From IMG/VR virus record IMGVR_UViG_2563366836_000013, positions 1 to 40,666 of that record: DNA of 40,666 bases; one strand, 5' to 3'. The translations under genes and the position numbers were made by a program. Origin of the DNA: a virus. Lineage: Duplodnaviria > Heunggongvirae > Uroviricota > Caudoviricetes. The notes below the pieces were generated by a model. It saw only the letters and a program-made list of their open reading frames with translations. It was not told the origin of the DNA and searched no databases. Each line of letters opens with the position of its first letter. Position 1 is the first letter of the stretch. Below are positions 17,083 through 27,310 of this stretch, piece by piece.

Positions 17083-17589
17083 ATGCGACCAGATCAATTT
17101 TTCTATCCAGATACTTTTACCTTTAATTCATCCACCTATTATGGTCAACGTGACTCATCTAAAGGTCGATTGTATATTCCTATTGAAAGTGACTTATGTC
17201 CATTTAATATCGGCGATATCATTGTGCAAAAAATGGTCGACAGGGAAAGACTATTTGAAGTGCTTGATTACGAGGTGCAAATTAGTCTCGAGGCTGGTTG
17301 CCCTGGCTACTCACATTTGGCGGTATTGATAGTGAAGGCATTGGATGTAAAAGAGAAGCCGAAGCAGATTACGACCCATTTGACGTTTAACGGTGCTATT
17401 AATGCTGGTGGTGATTTTCAAGCCGGTAATGACAATTCGATCACAAAGAATATAACCATTCAACAACTACATGATGCTATAGAGCATTGCAATGATCCAG
17501 AGGTTAAAAGCCTTTGGCAAAAGCTATTGGAAAATCCGACGTTTGCTTCAATTGCTTCAATATTGGCAAAAAGTGCTTTAGGACAGTAA
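17083..17589 (+). CDS. AT-rich orphan moron protein (168 aa), unknown function
   Basis: Low-GC ORF with AAGGGA RBS, upstream extended -10-like TGtGATAAT and downstream terminator; sits between spanins and HNH/terminase. Confidence 0.55.
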   Translation: MRPDQFFYPDTFTFNSSTYYGQRDSSKGRLYIPIESDLCPFNIGDIIVQKMVDRERLFEVLDYEVQISLEAGCPGYSHLAVLIVKALDVKEKPKQITTHLTFNGAINAGGDFQAGNDNSITKNITIQQLHDAIEHCNDPEVKSLWQKLLENPTFASIASILAKSALGQ

Positions 17590-17597
17590 TTCATCAA

Positions 17598-17621
17598 GCC
17601 CCATTCAATATGGGGTTTTTA
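17598..17621 (+). terminator. Rho-independent terminator after the second moron
   Basis: GCCCCA-TTCAATA-TGGGG hairpin followed by TTTTT. Confidence 0.55.
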
Positions 17622-17646
17622 TGCTTATTACAAAGAGTTTTCTTCA

Positions 17647-17997
17647 ATGCCACCACGAACTCCAAAAGCCTGCCGTGTTCGCGGGTGCCGCCGTACCACC
17701 ACTGACCCGTCAGGTTATTGCGAAAGCCACAAAAGCGAAGGCTGGAAGCAATACAAGCCAGGACAATCCCGTCATCAGCGCGGCTACGGTTCGAAGTGGG
17801 ACGTTATCCGCGCGCGTGTGCTGAAACGTGACAAAGGTTTATGTCAGTTATGTCTGCGCGCTGGTGTGGTGCGTGAGGCGAAAACTGTTGACCACATCAT
17901 CCCTAAAGCGCATGGCGGCACTGATGCCGACTGTAATCTGCAGAGTCTGTGCTGGCCGTGTCATAAGGCGAAGACGGCCCGTGAACGGCTTAAGTGA
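17647..17997 (+). CDS. HNH endonuclease (terminase-associated, HK97-like packaging module)
   Basis: 116 aa with C..C ... H-N-H zinc-finger core (CQLCLRAGVVREAKTVDHIIPKAHGGTDADCNLQSLCWPCHKAKT). Confidence 0.85.
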   Translation: MPPRTPKACRVRGCRRTTTDPSGYCESHKSEGWKQYKPGQSRHQRGYGSKWDVIRARVLKRDKGLCQLCLRAGVVREAKTVDHIIPKAHGGTDADCNLQSLCWPCHKAKTARERLK

Positions 17998-18023
17998 TAA
18001 TAATTCTCAACTGTCTGAGGGGA

Positions 18024-18084
18024 GGGGCGGGTCAAATCTCTGCGGCCTGACGTCTTCCGGACTGCCCGCCCCATCGTTTTTTTA
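18024..18084. other. Inverted repeat GGGGCGGG / CCCGCCCC plus T7 run: candidate cos region or large-loop terminator
   Basis: 8-bp perfect inverted repeat separated by about 33 nt, followed by TTTTTTT; located between HNH and small terminase where HK97-like cos sites lie. Confidence 0.3.
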
Positions 18085-18122
18085 TACCCGCGAAAAATGA
18101 AATTTAACCAGGAGTGCCGCAT

Positions 18123-18617
18123 ATGGCTGGAACGGCGGGGCGTTCCGGGCGTCGCCCCAAGCCAACGGCGCGCAAGGCGCTGGCCGGAAACCCCGGCAAG
18201 CGAGCCCTGAATAAAGATGAACCTGTTTTTACGCCCATCAAAGGTGTTGAGCCACCGGAGTGGTTCGCTGAAGAAGATCTCCCTCTCGCTACGATCATGT
18301 GGCAACTGACAACTAAAGAACTCTGCGGTCAGGGCCTGCTGTGCGTGACTGACCTTGCGGTGCTTGAGCGGTGGTGCGTGGCCTACGAGTTCTGGCGACG
18401 TGCCGTGAAAAATATTGCCAGACAGGGCAACACCATCACCGGTGCAATGGGCGGTATGGTCAAAAATCCGGAGCTGACTGCCAAAAAAGAACAGGAGTCC
18501 GAGATGAGCAGTACGGGGGCAATGCTCGGACTCGACCCCAGCAGCCGCCAGCGTCTGATTGGCCTGGCGGGGAAGAAGAAAGCCACTAACCCGTTTCTGA
18601 AAATCATCGAATCATGA
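18123..18617 (+). CDS. Terminase small subunit (P27 family)
   Basis: [34 protein letters not shown] matches the P27-family TerS N-terminus; AGGAG RBS; ATGA overlap with TerL. Confidence 0.8.
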   Translation: MAGTAGRSGRRPKPTARKALAGNPGKRALNKDEPVFTPIKGVEPPEWFAEEDLPLATIMWQLTTKELCGQGLLCVTDLAVLERWCVAYEFWRRAVKNIARQGNTITGAMGGMVKNPELTAKKEQESEMSSTGAMLGLDPSSRQRLIGLAGKKKATNPFLKIIES

Positions 18618-20347
18618 GCCGGAAATCTTACCCCAACGTAAATGCTGCAAATCAGTATGCCCGGGATGTCGTCCGCGGAAAGATTGTTGCCTGCCAGTTT
18701 GTGATTCAGGCCTGCCAGCGCCATCTTGATGACCTGATGGCGGAAAAAAGTAAGTCGTTTCGTTACCGCTTCGACAAGGACCTGGCTGAACGGGCCGCGA
18801 AATTTATTCAGCTGTTGCCGCACACCAAGGGGGAGTGGGCATTCAAACGGATGCCCATCACGCTGGAGCCGTGGCAGCTATTTGTGATCTGCTGTGCGTT
18901 TGGCTGGGTCAATAAAGGCACCCGGTTGCGCCGCTTCCGGGAGGTGTACACCGAAATCCCCCGTAAGAACGGCAAATCAGCAATCTCTGCCGGTGTTGCC
19001 CTGTATTGTTTTGCCTGTGATAACGAGTTTGGCGCGGAAGTGTATTCCGGTGCCACGACAGAGAAACAGGCGTGGGAAGTCTTTCGCCCGGCGCGACTGA
19101 TGTGTAAACGCACACCCATGCTGACGGAAGCGTTCGGGATTGAGGTTAACGCCTCAAACATGAACCGTCCGGAGGATGGCGCGCGGTTTGAACCGCTGAT
19201 CGGCAACCCAGGTGATGGTTCATCACCCCACTGTGCCGTGGTTGATGAATATCACGAGCATGCCACCGATGCGCTTTATACCACAATGCTTACCGGGATG
19301 GGGGCGCGACGTCAGCCACTGATGTGGGCCATCACCACCGCCGGGTACAACATTGAGGGGCCGTGCTACGACAAGCGGCGGGAAGTCATCGAGATGCTCA
19401 ACGGCTCGGTGCCTAACGATGAACTGTTCGGGATCATCTATACCGTTGATGAAGGTGACGACTGGACCGACCCGCAGGTGCTGGAAAAAGCCAATCCAAA
19501 TATTGGCGTGTCGGTTTATCGCGAATTTTTGTTAAGTCAGCAGCAGCGTGCGAAAAATAACGCCCGTCTGGCAAACGTCTTTAAAACAAAACACCTCAAT
19601 ATCTGGGTGTCGGCGCGTTCGGCGTATTTCAACCTGGTGAGCTGGCAGAGCTGCGAGGATAAATCACTGACTCTTGAGCAGTTCGAGGGGCAGCCGTGCA
19701 TTCTGGCCTTTGACCTGGCGCGTAAGCTGGATATGAACAGCATGGCGCGACTTTATACCCGCGAGATTGACGGTAAAACGCATTACTACAGTGTGGCCCC
19801 GCGTTTCTGGGTACCGTATGACACGGTGTACAGCGTCGAGAAAAATGAAGATCGCCGGACAGCCGAACGCTTTCAGAAATGGGTGGAAATGGGCGTTCTG
19901 ACCGTTACCGATGGTGCAGAGGTGGATTATCGCTACATCCTCGAAGAGGCCAAAGCGGCGAACAAAATCAGCCCGGTCAGTGAGTCACCCATCGACCCTT
20001 TCGGAGCGACCGGGCTGTCACATGACCTTGCTGATGAAGACCTGAATCCCGTTACTATCGTCCAGAACTTCGCCAATATGTCCGACCCGATGAAAGAGCT
20101 GGAGGCAGCGATTGAATCGGGACGCTTTCATCATGACGGCAATCCCATCATGACCTGGTGTATCGGCAATGTGGTCGGCAAAAACATGCCAGGTAACGAT
20201 GATTTAGTGAAGCCCGTCAAAGAGCAGGCGGAAAACAAAATCGATGGTGCAGTTGCGCTGATTATGGCGGTTGGCAGAGCCATGCTGTACGAGAAAGAAG
20301 ACACGCTGTCTGACCACATTGAGTCCTATGGGATCCGCTCGCTTTAA
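18614..20347 (+). CDS. Terminase large subunit
   Basis: 577 aa; ATPase and nuclease regions (VDEYHEH Walker-B-like); position between TerS and portal. Confidence 0.93.
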
Positions 20348-20358
20348 CTGAGGTAATT

Positions 20359-20541
20359 ATGATCATGCTGATTCTCGCGCCTCTGGTGGGCGTGCTGGGG
20401 GCGCTTTTGCTGGCGTATGGTGCCTGGCTGATTTATCCCCCGGCGGGGTTTGTTGTTGCCGGGGCGTTGTGTCTGTTCTGGTCGTGGCTGGTGGCGCGAT
20501 ATCTCGACCGTACACAGTCGTCTGTCGGCGGAGGTAAATAG
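20359..20541 (+). CDS. Small membrane protein (60 aa), unknown
   Basis: GAGG RBS, two hydrophobic helices, stop overlaps portal GTG start (TAGTG). Confidence 0.4.
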
Positions 20542-21782
20542 TGTTCTTTTCGGGATTATTTCAACGAAAAAGTGACGCACCGGTGACCACGCCAGCAGAG
20601 CTGGCGGATGTTATCGGGTTGTCCTACGACACCTATACCGGAAAGCAGATCAGCAGCCAGCGGGCCATGCGACTGACGGCGGTTTTTTCCTGTGTCAGGG
20701 TGCTGGCGGAGTCGGTCGGGATGTTGCCCTGCAACCTGTATCACCTGAACGGCAGTCTGAAGCAGAGAGCCGCTGGCGAACGTCTGCATAAGCTGATCTC
20801 CACGCATCCCAATGGCTATATGACGCCGCAGGAGTTCTGGGAGCTGGTGGTCACCTGTCTGTGCCTGCGGGGAAACTTTTACGCCTACAAAGTGAAAGCA
20901 TTTGGCGAAGTGGCTGAACTGCTGCCCGTCGATCCCGGCTGTGTGGTACCGAAGCTTAACAGTAGCTGGGAGCCGGTCTATCAGGTCACATTCCCGGATG
21001 GCTCCACGGATGTACTGAGCCAGGAGGATATCTGGCATGTGCGCACGCTGACGCTGGACGGACTGGTGGGGCTGAATCCCATCGCCTATGCCCGCGAGGC
21101 AATATCGCTGGCGGCAGCGACCGAAGAGCACGGGGCCAGACTGTTTAGCAATGGCGCGGTGACGTCGGGTGTGTTGCGTACAGAGCAGACGCTGTCAGAT
21201 CAGGCTTATGAGCGCCTGAAGAAAGATTTTGAGGAGCGTCACACCGGGCTTGGCAATGCTCACCGCCCGATGATCCTTGAGATGGGGCTGGACTGGAAGT
21301 CGATGGCGCTGAACGCCGAGGACAGCCAGTTCCTGGAAACCCGCAAGTTTCAGCTTGAAGAAATCTGTCGTCTGTTCCGGGTGCCGTTGCACATGGTGCA
21401 GAACACCGATCGCGCCACCTTCAACAATATCGAAGAGCTGGGGCTGGGATTTATCAACTATTCACTGGTGCCGTATCTGACCCGCATCGAACAGCGGATC
21501 AACACCGGACTGGTACGAAAAAGTAAGCAGGGCGTTTATTACGCCAAATTTAACGCCGGGGCGTTACTGCGCGGGGATATGAAGTCCCGTTTTGAAGCCT
21601 ACGCCACCGGGATCAACTGGGGAATTTACTCTCCCAATGACTGCCGCGACCTGGAAGATATGAATCCACGACCCGGTGGTGATGTCTATCTCACACCGAT
21701 GAACATGACCACGAAACCCTCCGATGGCAGTAAAGCCGGTAAGCAGAAGGATAACGCCAATGCAGACGAAACAACGTCTTGA
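20541..21782 (+). CDS. Portal protein (HK97 family)
   Basis: 413 aa, GTG start with GGAGG RBS; portal-like sequence and position after TerL. Confidence 0.9.
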   Translation: MFFSGLFQRKSDAPVTTPAELADVIGLSYDTYTGKQISSQRAMRLTAVFSCVRVLAESVGMLPCNLYHLNGSLKQRAAGERLHKLISTHPNGYMTPQEFWELVVTCLCLRGNFYAYKVKAFGEVAELLPVDPGCVVPKLNSSWEPVYQVTFPDGSTDVLSQEDIWHVRTLTLDGLVGLNPIAYAREAISLAAATEEHGARLFSNGAVTSGVLRTEQTLSDQAYERLKKDFEERHTGLGNAHRPMILEMGLDWKSMALNAEDSQFLETRKFQLEEICRLFRVPLHMVQNTDRATFNNIEELGLGFINYSLVPYLTRIEQRINTGLVRKSKQGVYYAKFNAGALLRGDMKSRFEAYATGINWGIYSPNDCRDLEDMNPRPGGDVYLTPMNMTTKPSDGSKAGKQKDNANADETTS

Positions 21783-22410
21783 TGTACCGCTGAGTCTGAA
21801 ATCTGTCAGTGACTCCGGTGAGTTTGAAGGGTATGGCTCCGTCTTTGGTGTAAAGGACAGCCACGATGATGTGGTGATGTCCGGGGCATTTGCTGCTTCC
21901 CTGCGGGCGTGGAGTGACAGAAAAGCGTTACCTGCGCTGCTCTGGCAGCACCGCATGGATGAACCCATCGGTGTTTACACCGAAATGAAGGAAGACGATG
22001 TCGGGCTTTACGTCAGGGGACGGTTGCTTATTGATGATGATCCCCTCGCAAAACGCGCACATGCACACATGAAGGCCGGTTCGTTAACCGGCCTTTCTAT
22101 TGGGTACGTCCTGAAAGACTGGGAATACGACCGGAGCAAAGAAGCCTTTCTGCTGAAAGAAATCGACCTCTGGGAAGTCAGCCTGGTGACGTTCCCGTCT
22201 AACGACGAGGCGCGGATCAGCGACGTCAAGAACGCACTGGCCCGCGGGGAAATCCCCGAACAGAAAAAAATCGAAAGAGTCCTGCGTGATGTCGGACTCT
22301 CCCGTACCCAGGCCAAAGCATTCATGGCCGGGGGCTATGGCGCACTGTCCCTGCGCGACGCTGAGGATGTGGGCTCTGCACTGAATGCACTGAAAAATCT
22401 GAACTTCTAA
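21760..22410 (+). CDS. Prohead protease (HK97 family)
   Basis: Start at internal ATG (MQTKQRL...), overlapping portal 3' end; protease-like sequence; precedes capsid gene. Confidence 0.8.
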   Translation: MQTKQRLDVPLSLKSVSDSGEFEGYGSVFGVKDSHDDVVMSGAFAASLRAWSDRKALPALLWQHRMDEPIGVYTEMKEDDVGLYVRGRLLIDDDPLAKRAHAHMKAGSLTGLSIGYVLKDWEYDRSKEAFLLKEIDLWEVSLVTFPSNDEARISDVKNALARGEIPEQKKIERVLRDVGLSRTQAKAFMAGGYGALSLRDAEDVGSALNALKNLNF

Positions 22411-22424
22411 TCAGGAGAAATACG

Positions 22425-23630
22425 ATGGCGGTTGATATTAAAGATGTCGAACAGGTCGCGCAGGAGCTGCAGCAGAAGTTTGACGACTTCAAAGCAAAGA
22501 ACGACAAGCGCGTGGATGCGATTGAGCAGGAAAAAGGCAAGCTTGCCGGGCAGGTGGAAACCCTGAACGGGAAACTCAGCGAGCTGGAAAATCTCAAAAG
22601 CGACCTTGAAAAAGAGCTGCTTGAGCTGAAACGTCCGGCAGGTGGAGCGCAAAATAAACTGGCCACCGAGCATAAAGAGGCGTTTGTGGGCTTCCTGCGT
22701 AAAGGCCGTGAAGACGGTCTGCGCGATCTGGAGCGTAAGGCATTGCAGGTGGGTACCGATGAAGACGGTGGCTACGCCGTGCCGGAAGAACTGGATCGCA
22801 ACATTCTTAACCTGCTGAAAGATGAAGTGGTGATGCGTCAGGAAGCCACGGTGATCACCGTTGGCGGTTCCGACTACAAAAAACTGGTGAATCTGGGCGG
22901 TACGGCTTCCGGATGGGTGGGGGAAACGGATACGCGATCCCAGACTGCCACCTCCAGACTGGAGCTGATTGAACCTCTCATGGGGGAAATCTACGGCAAC
23001 CCGCAGGCTACCCAGAAAATGCTGGACGATGCCTTCTTCAACGTGGAGGCCTGGATCAACAGCGAGCTGGCAACCGAATTTGCCGAACAGGAAGAAATTG
23101 CCTTTACCTCAGGCAATGGCACCAAGAAGCCGAAAGGGTTCCTGGCGTATGAATCCACTGATGAAACCGACAAGGTCCGGGCGTTCGGCAAACTTCAGCA
23201 TATTGTATCCGGCGAAGCGACCGCGGTGACCGCAGACGCCATTATCAAACTGATTTACACGCTGCGTAAGGCACACCGCACTGGCGCGAAGTTCATGATG
23301 AACAACAACAGCCTGTTTGCCATACGTCTGCTGAAAGACACCGAGGGTAACTATCTGTGGCGTCCGGGGCTGGAACTGGGGCAGCCGTCCTCTCTGGCGG
23401 GTTACGGTATCGCTGAAAACGAACAGATGCCGGATATCGCCGCTGATGCGAAAGCCATTGCATTTGGTAACTTCAAACGGGGTTACACCATCGTTGACCG
23501 TATCGGCACCCGCATTCTGCGTGACCCGTACACCAATAAACCGTTTGTCGGTTTTTATACCACCAAGCGCACCGGCGGGATGCTGGTCGATTCGCAGGCC
23601 ATCAAACTGCTGAAGATTGCAGCGGCGTAA
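22425..23630 (+). CDS. Major capsid protein (HK97 fold) with N-terminal coiled-coil delta domain
   Basis: 401 aa, AGGAG RBS; N-terminal charged coiled coil then capsid-like body. Confidence 0.9.
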   Translation: MAVDIKDVEQVAQELQQKFDDFKAKNDKRVDAIEQEKGKLAGQVETLNGKLSELENLKSDLEKELLELKRPAGGAQNKLATEHKEAFVGFLRKGREDGLRDLERKALQVGTDEDGGYAVPEELDRNILNLLKDEVVMRQEATVITVGGSDYKKLVNLGGTASGWVGETDTRSQTATSRLELIEPLMGEIYGNPQATQKMLDDAFFNVEAWINSELATEFAEQEEIAFTSGNGTKKPKGFLAYESTDETDKVRAFGKLQHIVSGEATAVTADAIIKLIYTLRKAHRTGAKFMMNNNSLFAIRLLKDTEGNYLWRPGLELGQPSSLAGYGIAENEQMPDIAADAKAIAFGNFKRGYTIVDRIGTRILRDPYTNKPFVGFYTTKRTGGMLVDSQAIKLLKIAAA

Positions 23631-23637
23631 TCACTCA

Positions 23638-23657
23638 GGGGCGCGGAACCGCGCCCC
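23638..23657 (+). other. Perfect 9-bp stem-loop after capsid gene (mRNA stabiliser or weak terminator)
   Basis: GGGGCGCGG-AA-CCGCGCCCC; no clear U-run. Confidence 0.4.
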
Positions 23658-23679
23658 CTGTTCTGACGGGTGAAGAATC

Positions 23680-23880
23680 ATGATCCTGAAACAAGATCTG
23701 AAATGGTCACCGGACGGTATGCGTGTTGAGGTCATTCGGGCCGGTGAGTATGACGACGGGGCGCTTCCTGCCCGGGTGCAGGAGATTGCACTTCAGGCCG
23801 GGTTAGCAGAGCGCGGAATCAGTGCAAAAAGCAGTAAAGCGGCAAAAGAGAAAAAAGCCACGACCAGTAAAGAGGGCTGA
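23680..23880 (+). CDS. Small hypothetical head-module protein
   Basis: 66-aa ORF between capsid and connector genes, weak RBS. Confidence 0.3.
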   Translation: MILKQDLKWSPDGMRVEVIRAGEYDDGALPARVQEIALQAGLAERGISAKSSKAAKEKKATTSKEG

Positions 23881-23882
23881 GT

Positions 23883-24206
23883 ATGCTTCTGACAATGGAA
23901 GAGATTAAAGCCCAACTCCGGCTGGATGAGGATTTCGATGCTGATGACCGCCATCTGCAACTGCTGGCCTGTGCGGCACAAAAGCGGACGGAAACGTATC
24001 TGAACCGGAAGCTCTATGCACCGGATGAAACCATTCCGGACAGCGATCCGGACGGGCTGCACCTGCCGGATGATATTCGTCTGGGGATGCTGATGCTTAT
24101 CAGCCATTTTTACGAAAACCGCTCGTCGGTTACGGAAGTGGAGAAACTCGACATGCCGCAGAGTTTTGGCTGGCTTGTCGGCCCGTACAGGTACTTTCCG
24201 CAATGA
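23883..24206 (+). CDS. Head-tail connector (gp6-like / DNA packaging) protein
   Basis: 107 aa, MEEIKAQLRLDEDFDADD... typical of gp6-like connectors; AGAGGG RBS. Confidence 0.7.
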   Translation: MLLTMEEIKAQLRLDEDFDADDRHLQLLACAAQKRTETYLNRKLYAPDETIPDSDPDGLHLPDDIRLGMLMLISHFYENRSSVTEVEKLDMPQSFGWLVGPYRYFPQ

Positions 24207-24613
24207 AAATTCGTCAGGCGCAGACCAGCGCAACCTACATTCTGCCGGACCCCGGTGAACTGAATAAACGCGTCCTGATCCGCCAGCGGGTGGATATGCC
24301 CGCGGATAACTTTGGCGTGGAGCCTCAATACCCGGTTACGTTCCGGACATGGGCGAAGGTTATCCAGACCAGTGCCACCACCTGGCAGGAAACCGCGCAG
24401 ACCGGGGACGCCATCACCCATTACATCACCATTCGTTACCGCCGGGGGATCACTGCTGATTATGAGGTGGTCTGTGATGACAGTGTGTACCGGGTGAAAC
24501 GTCAGCGTGATCTGAACGGGGCGCGGCGCTTTCTGCTGCTGGAGTGTACGGAGCTGGGCGAATGTAGGCAGAGTCACGGAGGCAGCAATGGCGACTCCCT
24601 TTTTTCACGTTGA
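24203..24613 (+). CDS. Head closure / head-tail adaptor protein
   Basis: 136 aa, ATGA-coupled, position after the gp6-like gene. Confidence 0.55.
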   Translation: MKIRQAQTSATYILPDPGELNKRVLIRQRVDMPADNFGVEPQYPVTFRTWAKVIQTSATTWQETAQTGDAITHYITIRYRRGITADYEVVCDDSVYRVKRQRDLNGARRFLLLECTELGECRQSHGGSNGDSLFSR

Positions 24614-25094
24614 TGTTCAGCAGCCCGCCGAGATGCGCTTTAACCGCGCCCGTGTCCGGAGGGCGTTTGTCACGATTGGGCAGCGTCATATGCGTGATGC
24701 CCGTCGGCTGGTGATGCGCCGTGCGCGGTCGGCACCGGGTGAAAACCCCGGTTATCAGACCGGACGCCTGGCTCGTTCGATTGGTTATATGGTGCCGAGA
24801 GCCAGTAAAAAGCGAGCCGGTTTTATGACACGCATTGCACCTAACCAGCGCAACGGGAAGGGGAACCGGATGATCTCTGGTGACTTCTATCCGGCGTTTC
24901 TGTTTTTTGGTGTCCGGGGAGGAGCAAAACGTCGTCGTAGTCATCATCGTGGTGCATCCGGTGGCAGCGGCTGGCGACTGGCTCCACGTAATAACTTCAT
25001 GGTGGAAACTCTTGAAAAGAACCGCAGCTGGACACGCTATTTTCTGGCGCGGGAATTGCGTAAATCACTGAAGCCGGAGAGACGACACAGATGA
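24588..25094 (+). CDS. HK97 gp10-like head-tail joining protein
   Basis: 168 aa basic protein in the head-completion position; family from memory. Confidence 0.5.
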   Translation: MATPFFHVDVQQPAEMRFNRARVRRAFVTIGQRHMRDARRLVMRRARSAPGENPGYQTGRLARSIGYMVPRASKKRAGFMTRIAPNQRNGKGNRMISGDFYPAFLFFGVRGGAKRRRSHHRGASGGSGWRLAPRNNFMVETLEKNRSWTRYFLARELRKSLKPERRHR

Positions 25095-25651
25095 AACTGA
25101 CGCCTGTTATTGCTGCGCTGCGTGCCCGCTGCCCGTATTTTGAAAACCGGGTGGCAGGCGCGGCACAGTTCAAAAATCTGCCGGAGGTCGGAAAGCTGAG
25201 ACTCCCGGCGGCGTATGTGGTACCGGGTGATGACTCTCCGGGAGAAAACAAAAGCCAGACCGACTACTGGCAGGAGCTGAAAGAGGGCTTCTCCGTGGTT
25301 GTCATACTGAGTAACGGGCGTGATGAGCGCGGTCAGTTTGCCTCGTATGATGTGGTGGACGATGTCCGGCAGATGCTCTTTAAGGCTCTGCTGGGCTGGA
25401 ACCCGGAAGCGTGCGGTAACCCGATTACCTATGACGGCGGCACGCTGCTGGATCTGAATCGTCATGAGCTGATTTATCAGTTCGATTTTTCGGTCATCAG
25501 CGAGCTGACCGAAGACGATACCCGCCAGCAGGATGACCTGAACAGTCTGGATGAACTGCAAACGCTGGCGATTGATGTTGATTATCTCGAGCCCGGTAAC
25601 GGGCCTGACGGCGATATCGAACATCACACCGAAATAACCCTTCCTTCCTGA
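25091..25651 (+). CDS. Mu-like tail completion / terminator protein
   Basis: 186 aa; immediately upstream of the Mu-type sheath operon. Confidence 0.5.
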   Translation: MKLTPVIAALRARCPYFENRVAGAAQFKNLPEVGKLRLPAAYVVPGDDSPGENKSQTDYWQELKEGFSVVVILSNGRDERGQFASYDVVDDVRQMLFKALLGWNPEACGNPITYDGGTLLDLNRHELIYQFDFSVISELTEDDTRQQDDLNSLDELQTLAIDVDYLEPGNGPDGDIEHHTEITLPS

Positions 25652-25659
25652 GAATCTTC

Positions 25660-25830
25660 ATGTTTGTGAAACCTGTTAAAGGGCGGTCAGTGCCTGACCC
25701 TGCCCGCGGTGACCTTTTGCCCGTCGAAGGGCGAAATGTTGACGAGAACAACTACTGGCTGCGCCGTGAAGCAGCGGGTGATATCCGGCGCGTGAATAAA
25801 AAGGTGAACACCGATGACGATAAGCTTTAA
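25660..25830 (+). CDS. Small DUF2635-like protein preceding the tail sheath gene
   Basis: 56 aa MFVKPVKGRSVPDPARGDLLPVEGRNVDENNYWLRREAAGDIRRV...; below the ORF-track size cutoff; overlaps the sheath start. Confidence 0.45.
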   Translation: MFVKPVKGRSVPDPARGDLLPVEGRNVDENNYWLRREAAGDIRRVNKKVNTDDDKL

Positions 25831-27310
25831 CACCATTCCGTCGAATACGCTGGTTCCGTTGTTTTATGCGGAAATGGATAACCAGGCGGCGAATACTGCA
25901 CAGGACAGCGGAGCATCGTTGCTGATTGGTCACGCCAATAACGGTGCAGAGATTGTTGCCAACAGTCTGGTGCTGATGCCGTCGGCAGACTATGCACGCC
26001 AGATTTGTGGTGCGGGAAGTCAGCTGGCGCGTATGGTCGAGGCTTATCGCCAGACCGACCCGTTTGGCGAGCTGTATGTGATTGCCGTTCCGGAAGCCGC
26101 AGGCGCGGCGGCAACGGTTACTCTGACGGTGACCGGGGCGGCAACCGAAACCGGCACGGTGAATGTGTATGTGGGACATACCCGCGTGCAGGCACCGGTG
26201 ACCAACGGCGATAACGTCGCGACCATTGCCAGCAGTATCCAGGATGCTATCAATGCCGTTCCGGCCCTGCCGTTTACGGCCTCATTTTCGGCTGGCGTGG
26301 TCACACTGACCGCGCGTCATAAGGGACTTTGCGGGAATGAAATTCCTGTCAGCCTCAATTACTACGGCTTTGGTGGGGGCGAAGTGCTGCCAGCGGGTGT
26401 ACAGATTGCTGTGGCGACGGGTACCGCCGGAACGGGCGCTCCTGTTCTCACCGGTGCGGTGGCTGCAATGGCGGATGAGCCGTTTGATTATATCGGTCTG
26501 CCGTTCAACGACACGGCCTCCGTTAACACGCTGGTGACCGAGATGAACGATACCAGCGGTCGCTGGAGCTATGCGCGTCAGCTGTATGGTCATGTGTATA
26601 CGTCAAAGACCGGTACGCTGTCAGAACTGGTGACCGCAGGTGACCAGTTTAACCAGCAGCACATTACCCTGGCGGGGTACGAAAAAGAAACCCAGACGCC
26701 TGCCGACGAGCTGGCGGCAAGCCGTACCGCCCGCGCAGCGGTGTTTATCCGCAACGATCCGGCACGTCCCACGCAGACCGGTGAGCTGGTGGGTATGCTG
26801 CCTGCGCCGAAGGGGAAACGGTTCACGATGACCGAGCAGCAGACCCTGTTGTCTCATGGCGTGGCAACGGCGTATGTCGAAAGCGGGGTGCTGCGCATTC
26901 AGCGTGATGTCACCACGTACAGGAAAAATTCTTACGGGGTTGCGGATAACAGCTACCTCGACAGCGAGACGCTGCATACCAGTGCGTATGTACTGCGCAA
27001 ACTGAAATCCGTCATTACCAGTAAGTACGGGCGTCACAAGCTTGCCAGCGACGGTACCCGCTTTGGTCCCGGTCAGGCGATTGTCACCCCGGCGGTAATC
27101 AAAGGGGAACTGCTGGCAACCTACCGTCAGCTTGAGCGTGCGGGGATCGTGGAAAACTACGAACTGTTTAAGCAGTACCTGGTTGTGGAGCGTGATGCCA
27201 GCGATCCGAACCGCCTGAACACGCTGTTCCCGCCTGACTATGTTAACCAGTTGCGTGTTTTTGCCGTGGTTAACCAGTTCCGTCTTCAGTATTCAGAGGA
27301 GTCTGCATAA
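25814..27310 (+). CDS. Contractile tail sheath protein (Mu gpL-like)
   Basis: 498 aa, sheath-like sequence and size; followed by the tube gene. Confidence 0.88.
   Translation: MTISFNTIPSNTLVPLFYAEMDNQAANTAQDSGASLLIGHANNGAEIVANSLVLMPSADYARQICGAGSQLARMVEAYRQTDPFGELYVIAVPEAAGAAATVTLTVTGAATETGTVNVYVGHTRVQAPVTNGDNVATIASSIQDAINAVPALPFTASFSAGVVTLTARHKGLCGNEIPVSLNYYGFGGGEVLPAGVQIAVATGTAGTGAPVLTGAVAAMADEPFDYIGLPFNDTASVNTLVTEMNDTSGRWSYARQLYGHVYTSKTGTLSELVTAGDQFNQQHITLAGYEKETQTPADELAASRTARAAVFIRNDPARPTQTGELVGMLPAPKGKRFTMTEQQTLLSHGVATAYVESGVLRIQRDVTTYRKNSYGVADNSYLDSETLHTSAYVLRKLKSVITSKYGRHKLASDGTRFGPGQAIVTPAVIKGELLATYRQLERAGIVENYELFKQYLVVERDASDPNRLNTLFPPDYVNQLRVFAVVNQFRLQYSEESA

Noticed and set aside
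24997-26179. Long antisense ORFs inside structural genes (for example 25037-25627, 25676-26179, 31036-31533, 20556-21131 minus strand)
   Set aside because: They lie fully within well-supported plus-strand genes, lack RBSs and have antisense-type composition.
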